From a virus (Duplodnaviria; Heunggongvirae; Uroviricota; Caudoviricetes), in the IMG/VR virus record IMGVR_UViG_2778261303_000012, positions 1 through 21,258 of that record: DNA of 21,258 bases. One strand, 5' to 3'. The notes beneath the pieces were generated by a model, which was not told where the DNA came from, made no database searches, and worked only from the letters and a program-made list of their open reading frames with translations. Below, in pieces: positions 8,173 to 15,414 of the stretch. A program made the position numbers and the translations under genes. Within the stretch, counting starts at the first letter, position 1, and each line of letters opens with the position of its first letter.

Positions 8173-8660
8173 TCAGCCCCCACGTAATTCCCTGACAGAT
8201 ACCACTCTTCACCCGATGCAGAGCGCTTGCTGCTTTGCCGTAAGCACCGCTCACGACGCGCCAGAAAATTGTTTCGTTCTGGCTGGGAGTGGCTTTCACG
8301 GAATGCCGCCATCCACACCGTTGCGGCACGACGGTATAAGCCCCTGGACTCCAGTTCTTCCGCCTGGCGGGTCAGGCACAAAATCACCCGGGGATCGTTA
8401 GTGCCGACATAGAAATTGCGCACAGGTCTGGTTTCACGAACTGGTTGTGGTTCCGGCTCCTGCGCTCTCTCAGTCAGGCGTGGGAAATGTCTGCGTGTAT
8501 CTCCTTCACAACGGTGAGCCACACGCCCACTCTGACGTAACTTGCTTGCTGACTGCAGAACGCGCTGCCGTGAGTAACCTGCAAAAACATCCGCAATGTC
8601 TCCGGAAGTACACCCCGGATGGGCTTCAATGAATTTCTGAACTTCATTCAAAAGACTCAT
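8169..8660 (-). CDS. PerC-domain transcriptional regulator with N-terminal extension
   Basis: C-terminal AEELESRGLYRRAATVWMAAF...ARRERCLRQ matches the PerC/Pch signature (GLW/YRRAA..W ... RR.YC). Start placed at ATG 8660 with GGGGG RBS; a GTG at 8666 is the alternative. Confidence 0.55.
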   Translation of the reverse strand: MSLLNEVQKFIEAHPGCTSGDIADVFAGYSRQRVLQSASKLRQSGRVAHRCEGDTRRHFPRLTERAQEPEPQPVRETRPVRNFYVGTNDPRVILCLTRQAEELESRGLYRRAATVWMAAFRESHSQPERNNFLARRERCLRQSSKRSASGEEWYLSGNYVGAE

Positions 8661-8662
8661 GA

Positions 8663-9481
8663 TCACCCCCTGAATCCTGCCGGGATCTGGCTGTAGTCCA
8701 CGTTGTCGTAACTGGCTTTGAAGTACGTGTCCTCGCGTCTGGCTGCAGATACCGCAGGAACTTCCCAGGATTCTTCGAAATGACGATCTGGACCAAAGAA
8801 CGTGACAGCCTGTTTCACAAATTGTGTGCCGCTATTGCCCATCGCAGATACCCAGCCCGCGTAGCGTTTCACACCTTCCAGCATGGTTTCGGGGTTTACC
8901 CCCTCGTTCAAACGGGCTTTCCAGACTTTGAAGGCTGCAGATTTTGAATTGCCACCAGCACGTTTGGGATATGCCAGCCATGCCTGCTCAAACTCCGGAG
9001 AGTATTCCGGTCGGTTTGAACGAACTAGCACGGACTCATCAACTGATGCACCAACAGCTATTGGTTCATTGACTGGTTCTTTGACTGGTTCAAAAGAGTG
9101 ACTGGTTCTGGGTGAATCTCCTGCACTACCCCCTGGTGCAACTCCTGCACTACCTGGTGAATTTGCTGCACCAGATAGTGAATTATTTGCACTACCCCCT
9201 AGTGAATCTCCTGCACCATCCAGATGAAGGAGATAGATATTACTTGAGTTACCTTTTTCACCTTTCCGGGTGACTTTTTTTACCAGCCCGGACTCACAGA
9301 GGGCCGCAATATGATTCATCACAGAACGTTTGCTAATCTCGCACTGATCAGCGATATGCTGATAGCTGGGCCAGCACTCGCCCTGATCGCTGGCATTATC
9401 AGCCAGCTTAATCAGAACCAGTTTTCGCAATGGATTTCCCACTCGAATTTTCATCGCTTTAACCATCAGCTCCATACTCAT
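8663..9481 (-). CDS. phage replication initiator-like protein (N-terminal wHTH, low-complexity linker, C-terminal domain)
   Basis: 272 aa, GGAGG RBS. N-terminal HTH-like region (KLVLIKLADNASDQGECWPSYQHIADQCEISKRSVMNHIAAL); central Gly/Ser/Ala-rich linker encoded by tandem DNA repeats; position between Rha and the downstream early genes is typical of a lambdoid replication module. No P/DnaC-like partner gene seen. Confidence 0.65.
   Translation of the reverse strand: MSMELMVKAMKIRVGNPLRKLVLIKLADNASDQGECWPSYQHIADQCEISKRSVMNHIAALCESGLVKKVTRKGEKGNSSNIYLLHLDGAGDSLGGSANNSLSGAANSPGSAGVAPGGSAGDSPRTSHSFEPVKEPVNEPIAVGASVDESVLVRSNRPEYSPEFEQAWLAYPKRAGGNSKSAAFKVWKARLNEGVNPETMLEGVKRYAGWVSAMGNSGTQFVKQAVTFFGPDRHFEESWEVPAVSAARREDTYFKASYDNVDYSQIPAGFRG
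9068..9225. repeat. iteron-like imperfect direct repeats inside the replication gene (candidate ori)
   Basis: GACTGGTTC repeated three times (about 9071, 9083, 9100), then four copies of (a/g)GTGAAT(c/t)T..(c/t)TGCAC (about 9110, 9165, 9177, 9201), plus repeated CTCCTGCACTACC; an AT-richer stretch follows at 9225..9285. Confidence 0.5.
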
Positions 9482-9702
9482 GCAGCACCTCCGAGATGCT
9501 TCATGTTTTTTCCGGAGCGAAAGGCTATAAGCGGCATACTGACGCGGTAACTACGGCCCAGCGGTTCACAAATCACCTTCTGACATTCACGGTCAACCAG
9601 GCTAACACGTAGAACATGCCCTTCAGGTGTGGTGTACCACTGACCCGGACGAGGACAACGGAAAGTCTGATTGGTAAACCGTTTGAAAATATTCCGGATC
9701 AT
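9478..9702 (-). CDS. hypothetical 74-aa protein, translationally coupled between rha and the replication gene
   Basis: ATGA overlaps at both ends (Rha stop / its ATG at 9699..9702; its stop / replication-gene ATG at 9478..9481). Contains a CxxxP...C pattern; no family recognised. Confidence 0.5.
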   Translation of the reverse strand: MIRNIFKRFTNQTFRCPRPGQWYTTPEGHVLRVSLVDRECQKVICEPLGRSYRVSMPLIAFRSGKNMKHLGGAA

Positions 9703-10256
9703 TTGCGCCCCCTTACCTCTGAAGGGTTCAGCAACAAATTTATGAGGCAGGCCAGTGCCGAAGCATCATTAATATAGTCATACAAGCTAACAGCCAGCGG
9801 AGATTCGGCTTTTGCCAACATAGGATAAAGCTGCTGCAGCCAGACCTGATGAATTGATGAAATGTAGGAATAGAGAACGCTGGCGTTATGTGCAACGTCG
9901 CTCAGTACAGAGGGCTTTGAAAGCTGTTTCTCCATCTGGTTAAAGGCATTGATGTATGCCTCTTTGAACTGGGCAGCACGTTTACCCGTGAAACCCATAG
10001 CAAGAAACGCAAAGCCGTCGCGAGTGATTTGATAGCAAGGAAGCTTGCGTGTACCACCGTTCGGTTGATTTACCGAAATAGATGTCTCCGCAAAATTGCG
10101 GGCACAAAACTCAGGGGAACAATCCAGAGTACGGATCTTTTTCAGCACATCGTCGTGACGCTTGGAGAAGAAGTTTGCAACAGCTAAAGAAGTGGTAACG
10201 GCTTGGCCGTTGTCAATGGTGATTTCAGGTTGAGTAAGGGCTGGGATCGTAGCCAT
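9699..10256 (-). CDS. Rha-family phage regulatory protein
   Basis: Start set at ATG 10256 (GGAGG RBS 8 nt upstream), giving 185 aa: MATIPALTQPEITIDNGQAVTTSLAVANFFSKRHDDVLKKIRTL...GTRKLPCYQITRDGFAFLAMGFTGKRAAQFKEAYINAF is the Phage_pRha signature. The 499-aa ORF in the track is a read-through artefact. Confidence 0.8.
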   Translation of the reverse strand: MATIPALTQPEITIDNGQAVTTSLAVANFFSKRHDDVLKKIRTLDCSPEFCARNFAETSISVNQPNGGTRKLPCYQITRDGFAFLAMGFTGKRAAQFKEAYINAFNQMEKQLSKPSVLSDVAHNASVLYSYISSIHQVWLQQLYPMLAKAESPLAVSLYDYINDASALACLINLLLNPSEVRGRK

Positions 10257-10586
10257 GATGGCAGCCTCCGTTGACAGTGAAAAACTTCCACCACCGGAAA
10301 CGCCAATTTCACTGGTGGTGAACTGGACGGGGTTGGCGTAACCGGCGTCAACGGAGACCGGCGCACCTTTCGGTGCCCCCGTCCAGCCCACCATAATCTG
10401 GATGTGAACAAATGCGGACGATAAAAAAGACGCTGGCGCGTCATACATCGCCGTTGACAATTTCAGGACGCCAATCCCGGCACCTGATTTTTCAGGTGCT
10501 GAAGCAGTGTATACTCGAAATAAATCATGATCAATAATGATGCGAGGATGGGGGTTAACCGTTATCTCAAAATAAGGAGATACAAC

Positions 10587-10928
10587 GTGAGATACCAACT
10601 TTTGGCTAACAGCAGCAGAGGTGATGGTTTTTACGATGTAACCATCAGCGATAATAGCGGCAACCTCGAAATAGAATGCACTTGTATGGCTGGTGAAATG
10701 GGTACAATGTGTAAGCACCGTATTGCCGTTATTACAGGAAAATATGGAAATATCATAGATATTGATGATCCTGAAAACGCCGATGCAAAACTGGCAACCG
10801 ACCTGATTGCTAAATATGGAATTACAGAGCAATACCTTGCTCTTGCTAAAGAACTCGAAGACCTGAAAAAGAGGTTCAAGGTTGAAGAAAAGGCTATCAA
10901 ACTGAGAATTAATGCCTTGGCAGGGTAA
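10587..10928 (+). CDS. small SWIM-type zinc-finger protein, antisense moron within the early operon
   Basis: Start at GTG 10587 preceded by AAGGAG with 7-nt spacing; 113 aa. Contains CTCMAGEMGTMCKHRIAV, i.e. CxC-x9-CKHxxAV, the canonical SWIM zinc-finger pattern. Lower GC than flanking genes and opposite orientation. Confidence 0.6.
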   Translation: MRYQLLANSSRGDGFYDVTISDNSGNLEIECTCMAGEMGTMCKHRIAVITGKYGNIIDIDDPENADAKLATDLIAKYGITEQYLALAKELEDLKKRFKVEEKAIKLRINALAG

Positions 10929-10965
10929 GCTCTCAGTTAAAATTTGTTTCATTTGGTTAGCTCTC

Positions 10966-11198
10966 ATCCTTCCCCTTACGGCAGAAGAGTTCAGTAAAGA
11001 ATTGATTAAACCAGCAAGCGCCGCTGCGTCATTGATGCGGTCATAAAGGCAATTCAGGCCCACAGTCAGGTAAAATTCTCTGTGGTTAATTACAGCCAGG
11101 TGATTTAGTAATCTGCATTCATGCCGTAACAACAGATGTTCAGAGACGCAGACCACCAGCTGTTGCGACAAACGGTTATTTGCCGTTAAACTGTTCAT
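10966..11198 (-). other. short ORF / relic resembling the 3' end of rha, translationally coupled to the CII-like gene
   Basis: ATG at 11198 overlaps the CII-like stop (ATGA). Encoded ...LYDRINDAAALAGLINSLLNSSAVRGR parallels the Rha C-terminus ...LYDYINDASALACLINLLLNPSEVRGRK, and the DNA at 10967..11060 is about 70% similar to 9705..9800. The reading frame then runs open across the antisense of the SWIM gene, so its true end is unclear. Confidence 0.35.
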
Positions 11199-11752
11199 GC
11201 GTTAGTTTCTCCACAACTAGAAGCAATCGACGCCACGACGCCCGGAGCTGCACACTCGCGGGCGTTACTCTTTTCTGGAGCGCAGAAGATTTTGTAGACC
11301 AGTGCTGCATGCTCCTGGAGCTTCGAAATTGACAGATACAACTCATCATTAATTGCTGTTTGCTCGTGTAGCTCCACTACCCCATCTTCGATTGCCGAAC
11401 GAATCTGCTTTGAGTAACTCCCGATCTGTTCGATGACTTCCAGCAGGCGCTGGTTTATATCGGCGTTCTCTACTTCCTCAATTTCAGGAAGTGATACAAA
11501 CACCCCACCAGCAGACTGTGCGACAGCATCCGCAATGTGATGAGTACTAGCCGCACGCTGTAAAACCATTGCCCATCCCAACGGAAAAAACTGATCACCA
11601 TCGGCACGAAGGCGGTTGAATAAAGCGTTCTCTGTTACATCCAGCCACTCAGCAGCTTCAGCGTAACCACCTGGCAATGCCGCGATAGTTTTTCTGACAG
11701 CTTTCACGTACCAGTCAGGTTGTTTTTCCACTTTCCAGTGATGCTTACCCAC
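11195..11752 (-). CDS. CII-like / YdaT-type phage regulatory protein
   Basis: 185 aa, GTG start with AGGAGG RBS, overlapping the cro-like gene by 8 nt; position directly after cro and general resemblance to Phage_CP76/YdaT-type proteins (recollection, not verified). Confidence 0.55.
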   Translation of the reverse strand: MGKHHWKVEKQPDWYVKAVRKTIAALPGGYAEAAEWLDVTENALFNRLRADGDQFFPLGWAMVLQRAASTHHIADAVAQSAGGVFVSLPEIEEVENADINQRLLEVIEQIGSYSKQIRSAIEDGVVELHEQTAINDELYLSISKLQEHAALVYKIFCAPEKSNARECAAPGVVASIASSCGETNA

Positions 11753-12005
11753 GGCTTACCTCCTGTTCCTGTGGTTTAAACCCATTCTGGTTTTGGCTAG
11801 ATTGAAAACGTGCCGGATAAAGAATCTGCATTTCGCTGATTTCACCCTTAAAAAAATTGGCCAGACGTTCTGCAAGATCGATAGATGGAATTTGTTCCAG
11901 TCTTTCAATACGACTCAGCGTCGCTGGATTGACCTGAACGCCCGCAGCAACATGCTGCAAAGTAAATCCGTGCGCCTTACGCACATTCCGTAATGGTGAT
12001 TGCAT
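11745..12005 (-). CDS. Cro-like HTH repressor
   Basis: 86 aa, GGAGG RBS 5 nt from the ATG. HTH segment FTLQHVAAGVQVNPATLSRIERLEQIPS; divergent from the cI-like gene across an operator-rich intergenic region. Confidence 0.7.
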   Translation of the reverse strand: MQSPLRNVRKAHGFTLQHVAAGVQVNPATLSRIERLEQIPSIDLAERLANFFKGEISEMQILYPARFQSSQNQNGFKPQEQEVSRG

Positions 12006-12019
12006 ATAACCTCCACATA

Positions 12020-12082
12020 TTGCGTGATGATCATATTATTTCACGCAAATATTTTGCGCAAGTTGATTTGCTTAACACGCAA
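12020..12082. promoter_or_regulatory. OR-like operator/promoter region between cro and cI
   Basis: Palindrome TTGCGTGA-N13-TCACGCAA (12020..12048), self-complementary TTGCGCAA (12054..12061) and TTGC-N7-GCAA site TTGCTTAACACGCAA (12068..12082). The cI ATG at 12103 has no obvious Shine-Dalgarno, so a leaderless PRM-type transcript is possible. Confidence 0.55.
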
Positions 12083-12102
12083 TAAAGAAATGTAATAAAC
12101 GT

Positions 12103-12795
12103 ATGAACATAGGAAATCGAGTCAGACAACTTCGCCAGGCGAAGAACATGAAAATCGCCGATCTCGCTGAAGCAATAGGAGTGGATGCGGCGAATATCTC
12201 ACGCCTGGAAACAGGTAAGCAGAAACAATTCACTGAACAAGCCCTGAGTAATATTGCCAGGAGCTTAGGTGTTGATATAGCTGATCTCTTTACCTCAGAC
12301 TTCAAAAGTAATACTGTATGTAAAAACAGTATTAGTGAGGATGTTGCGCAGGTGAAGGATGTATTCCGTATTGAAATGCTGGATGTCAGTGCCAGTGCGG
12401 GAAATGGCCTTATCCAGGGCGGTGATGTCATTGATGTGATTCATGCCATTGAATACAGAACTGATAATGCTGTATCGATGTTTGCCGGACGGCCAGCCAA
12501 TCACATTAAAGTTATCAACGTTCGTGGGGACAGTATGTGTCCAACCATTGAGCCAGGAGATCTCATCTTCGTTGATGTCAGTATCAATCAGTTTGATGGA
12601 GATGGTATCTATGTATTTGGTTTTGATGATAAAATTTATGTCAAACGACTACAAATGATACCTGACAAACTACTGGTGATTTCTGATAACCAGATTTACC
12701 GTGAATGGGGAATTACCAGCGAAAATGAACACCGGTTTATGGTCTTTGGAAAGGTCTTAATCAGCCAGTCACAAACCCTTAAGCGACACAATTAA
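12103..12795 (+). CDS. CI-type prophage repressor (HTH_XRE + S24 LexA-like autopeptidase)
   Basis: 230 aa. N-terminal HTH (RVRQLRQAKNMKIADLAEAIGVDAANISRLETGKQ); C-terminal S24 fold with catalytic Ser in VRGDSMCPTIEPGD and Lys in YVKRL; candidate Ala-Gly cleavage site in SASAGNG. Confidence 0.85.
   Translation: MNIGNRVRQLRQAKNMKIADLAEAIGVDAANISRLETGKQKQFTEQALSNIARSLGVDIADLFTSDFKSNTVCKNSISEDVAQVKDVFRIEMLDVSASAGNGLIQGGDVIDVIHAIEYRTDNAVSMFAGRPANHIKVINVRGDSMCPTIEPGDLIFVDVSINQFDGDGIYVFGFDDKIYVKRLQMIPDKLLVISDNQIYREWGITSENEHRFMVFGKVLISQSQTLKRHN
12309..12334. promoter_or_regulatory. LexA-box-like palindrome inside the cI coding sequence
   Basis: TAATACTGT-ATGTAAAA-ACAGTATTA: perfect 9-bp inverted arms with CTGT-N8-ACAG geometry; the core TACTGTATGTAAAAACAGTA matches the E. 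coli SOS box consensus TACTGTATATATATACAGTA at 16 of 20 positions. Confidence 0.45.
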
Positions 12796-12815
12796 CCCTT
12801 ACCTCCTCATCAATT

Positions 12816-12836
12816 AGCCACCCGAAGGTGGCTTTT
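12816..12836 (+). terminator. rho-independent terminator downstream of cI
   Basis: AGCCACC-cgaa-GGTGGCT hairpin followed by TTTT, 20 nt after the cI stop. Confidence 0.65.
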
Positions 12837-12850
12837 CATCACCCATCAAA

Positions 12851-12902
12851 TTGCATATGTCGCAACAAAACACTTGCATAATACGCAACTTCATTTTATC
12901 TT
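12851..12902 (+). promoter_or_regulatory. OL-like operators and candidate pL promoter
   Basis: Two TTGC-N7-GCAA sites (TTGCATATGTCGCAA 12851..12865; TTGCATAATACGCAA 12874..12888) matching the site at 12068..12082. Tentative -35 TTGCAT (12874) and -10 TATCTT (12897) with 17-nt spacing. Confidence 0.4.
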
Positions 12903-13313
12903 TCTTTCCAGACCAACAAACAAGGTACTAACAAAATTTGGTTGTAACACGGCGTATGGCACATGCGTCGTTAGCGGTCTGGGGACGTTAAAGGGGACAA
13001 TCCACTCCTTGCTCGAGCAAACAAACCAGGTAGCCGGAATGTGCAAGTCAATGATGATGCTGATAAGACGCCTAACCAGCGTGGCGATTCGGTTTGACGC
13101 CTGGGAAGAGACCAGGGTGCAACGATGAGGGCATTTATGGAGCCGCGACAAAGTGTGGTGCCATAACTGGCTAAGTGCTCTCAGCGTTGTGGTAATCCGC
13201 GAAATGGCGCGGCGGTAAGTATGGCGGGGTTATCCTTACCCCATTAGTGGCACCGGGTTGTCAGGTTGACCATACGCTTAAGTGACAACCCCACCACAAC
13301 AGCCACTGCTTTG

Positions 13314-13446
13314 GCGGTACCAGTTTGTACACTTGCTTCCGGCTGGTACCGCTCTTTTTACAAAACAGAGAAGAGCATCACCGGACGACGGGCTCATAAC
13401 CCAATCCACCCGGGCGGCTGCCACCGCAGGTGTTCTTCTCTGTTTT
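13314..13446 (+). other. two adjacent long hairpins in the untranslated leader of the early-left operon
   Basis: Hairpin 1: GCGGTACCAG (13314..13323) pairs with CTGGTACCGC (13343..13352). Hairpin 2: AAAACAGAGAAGA (13362..13374) pairs perfectly with TCTTCTCTGTTTT (13434..13446) around a GC-rich 59-nt loop; ends 50 nt before the first gene. Confidence 0.45.
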
Positions 13447-13496
13447 GTGGAGAAACCAACCGACCTTGCAGGGTCGATATGATGAGGAGCAGCAAA

Positions 13497-13859
13497 ATGG
13501 CTAGCGAACGCAGTACTGATGTGCAGGCATTTATCGGGGAGCTGGACGGCGGCGTATTTGAAACCAAAATCGGCGCTGTTCTCAGTGAAGTCGCTTCCGG
13601 TGTGATGAACACGAAAACCAAAGGTAAGGTCTCGCTCAACCTGGAAATCGAACCGTTTGATGAGAACCGTGTGAAAATAAAACACAAACTCTCATATGTT
13701 CGCCCGACTAACCGCGGGAAAATTTCCGAAGAAGACACCACCGAAACGCCGATGTATGTCAATCGCGGTGGTCGCCTGACTATTCTGCAGGAAGACCAGG
13801 GACAATTACTGACTCTTGCCGGTGAACCTGACGGAAAACTCCGCGCAGCAGGTCATTAA
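13497..13859 (+). CDS. YfdP-like prophage protein (120 aa)
   Basis: Start set at ATG 13497 (GAGGAG RBS, 7-nt spacing) rather than the 197-aa track ORF, whose N-terminal part crosses the leader hairpins. Size and position before a YfdQ/YfdR/YfdS-like block match the CPS-53 arrangement as I recall it. Confidence 0.55.
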   Translation: MASERSTDVQAFIGELDGGVFETKIGAVLSEVASGVMNTKTKGKVSLNLEIEPFDENRVKIKHKLSYVRPTNRGKISEEDTTETPMYVNRGGRLTILQEDQGQLLTLAGEPDGKLRAAGH

Positions 13860-13924
13860 TATCGTTCTTAATTAACTGATTATTTATCTCATCACTGAAT
13901 ATCTTTATATAGTGAGGACTTATT

Positions 13925-14749
13925 ATGTCTCAGAACTTAGACGCAACCGCAATTAATCAAATCCATGCCCTTATTTCTGCTCAGGGTGTTAATGAAATTA
14001 TCAGTAAGATTGGTGCCGATGCTGTGGCATTGCCTGAGAATTTCCGCATTCATGATCTGGAAAAATTTAATTTAAATCGCTTCCGTTTCCGTGGTGCGCT
14101 TTCCACTGCCAGCATCGATGACTTTACCCGTTATTCTAAAGATCTTGCAGATGAAGGCACCCGCTGCTTTATCGATGCCGATAATATGCGAGCCGTCAGT
14201 GTGCTTAACCTGGGTACTATTGATGAACCAGGTCACGCAGATAACACCGCCACCCTCAAACTGAAAAAGACAGCACCGTTTTCTGCTCTGTTGTCTGTTA
14301 ATGGCGAGCGTAACTCCCAGAAGTCACTGGCAGAATGGATTGAAGACTGGGCCGACTACCTTGTGGGCTTTGATGCTAATGGTGACACCATTCAGGCAAC
14401 CAAAGCGGCTGCGGCAGTCCGTAAAATCACAATTGAAGCAAACCAGACCGCTGATTTTGAAGACAATGACTTCAGCGGCAAACGCTCTCTGATGGAGTCT
14501 GTCGAAGCGAAAACCAAAGACATTATGCCAGTGGCATTTGAATTTAAATGCGTTCCGTTTGAAGGCCTGAAAGAACGTCCGTTTAAATTACGCCTCAGCA
14601 TTATCACTGGCGATCGTCCTGTACTGGTTCTGCGCATTATTCAGCTGGAAGCGATGCAGGAAGAAATGGCTAACGAATTTCGTGATCTGCTTGTTGAGAA
14701 ATTCAAAGACAGCAAAGTAGAAACCTTTATTGGTACTTTCACCGCCTGA
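13925..14749 (+). CDS. yfdQ: YfdQ-like (DUF2303-type) prophage protein
   Basis: 274-aa ORF with GAGGA RBS; same length as K-12 YfdQ as recalled and followed by a clear YfdR homologue. Family assignment is from memory, not from a search. Confidence 0.6.
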   Translation: MSQNLDATAINQIHALISAQGVNEIISKIGADAVALPENFRIHDLEKFNLNRFRFRGALSTASIDDFTRYSKDLADEGTRCFIDADNMRAVSVLNLGTIDEPGHADNTATLKLKKTAPFSALLSVNGERNSQKSLAEWIEDWADYLVGFDANGDTIQATKAAAAVRKITIEANQTADFEDNDFSGKRSLMESVEAKTKDIMPVAFEFKCVPFEGLKERPFKLRLSIITGDRPVLVLRIIQLEAMQEEMANEFRDLLVEKFKDSKVETFIGTFTA

Positions 14750-14877
14750 TTTCATTACTGCAAATGCCCCTGCGGGGGCATTTATGGAAACGTAATTAAC
14801 TCAATAATCACCGGATGGTAAGAGCTTCCTTTTAGCAGAATTCAGCGCGGTGCAGCGCATATAAAGTGGAGAACGAA

Positions 14878-15414
14878 ATGTCATTTATTAAAACTTTTTC
14901 CGGGAAGCATTTTTATTATGACAAGATAAATAAAGACGACATCGTGATTAACGATATCGCAGTTTCCCTTTCAAATATCTGTCGCTTTGCAGGACATCTT
15001 TCACACTTCTACAGTGTCGCCCAGCATGCGGTGCTTTGCAGCCAGCTGGTGCCGCAGGAATTTGCTTTTGAAGCGTTAATGCATGATGCAACAGAAGCAT
15101 ATTGCCAGGACATCCCCGCGCCACTGAAACGACTTCTTCCTGACTATAAACGGATGGAAGAAAAAATAGACGCCGTAATCCGTGAGAAATACGGGTTACC
15201 TCCTGTTATGAGCACGCCAGTGAAATATGCCGATCTCATTATGCTGGCAACCGAACGCCGTGATCTCGGGCTTGATGATGGCTCTTTCTGGCCTGTTCTG
15301 GAAGGTATCCCGGCAACAGAGATGTTCAAAGTTATTCCACTGTCGCCAGGCCATGCCTATGGGATGTTTATGGAACGTTTTAACGAGTTATCGGAGTTAC
15401 GCAAATGCGCATGA
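14878..15414 (+). CDS. yfdR: HD-domain 5'-deoxynucleotidase, YfdR-like
   Basis: Start at ATG 14878 (GGAG RBS) gives 178 aa beginning MSFIKTFSGK. HD-domain metal-binding pattern H...H...HD visible in AGHLSHFYSVAQHAVL...ALMHDATEAY. Confidence 0.75.
   Translation: MSFIKTFSGKHFYYDKINKDDIVINDIAVSLSNICRFAGHLSHFYSVAQHAVLCSQLVPQEFAFEALMHDATEAYCQDIPAPLKRLLPDYKRMEEKIDAVIREKYGLPPVMSTPVKYADLIMLATERRDLGLDDGSFWPVLEGIPATEMFKVIPLSPGHAYGMFMERFNELSELRKCA

Noticed and set aside
4871-8412. Numerous 60–190-aa alternative-frame or opposite-strand ORFs inside the DUF968, KilA-N, RusA, LexA-like, Dam and PerC-like genes (for example 5634..5891, 7254..7766, 7375..7956, 8129..8401)
   Set aside because: All lie within better-supported genes, are Arg/Pro/Ser-rich as expected for off-frame translation of roughly 55% GC DNA, and lack RBS and coupling signals.
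9068-9225. Tandem repeats considered as a possible CRISPR array
   Set aside because: Repeats are short, imperfect, of more than one family, lack regular unique spacers and lie inside a coding sequence; iterons or a low-complexity linker fit better.
9699-11198. 499-aa minus-strand ORF spanning rha and the region upstream
   Set aside because: Only the last 185 codons look like a real protein (Rha, with its own ATG and GGAGG RBS at 10256). The upstream part translates the antisense of the SWIM gene and promoter region into implausible low-complexity sequence, so I treat it as a chance-open frame joining Rha to an upstream relic.
12874-13151. Overlapping 84-aa (+) and 86-aa (−) ORFs just downstream of cI
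   Set aside because: They overlap each other and the predicted pL/operator region, have no RBS, and fall in what looks like a structured untranslated leader. An Arg-rich internal segment (MLIRRLTSVAIRFDAWEETRVQR) reminded me of N-type ARM peptides, but the resemblance is too weak to call.
13266-13496. N-terminal extension of the 197-aa ORF at 13266..13859
   Set aside because: The extension is read across two long perfect palindromes and yields Cys/Arg/Pro-rich sequence with no RBS; the internal ATG at 13497 has a GAGGAG RBS and gives a 120-aa product matching the expected gene size.
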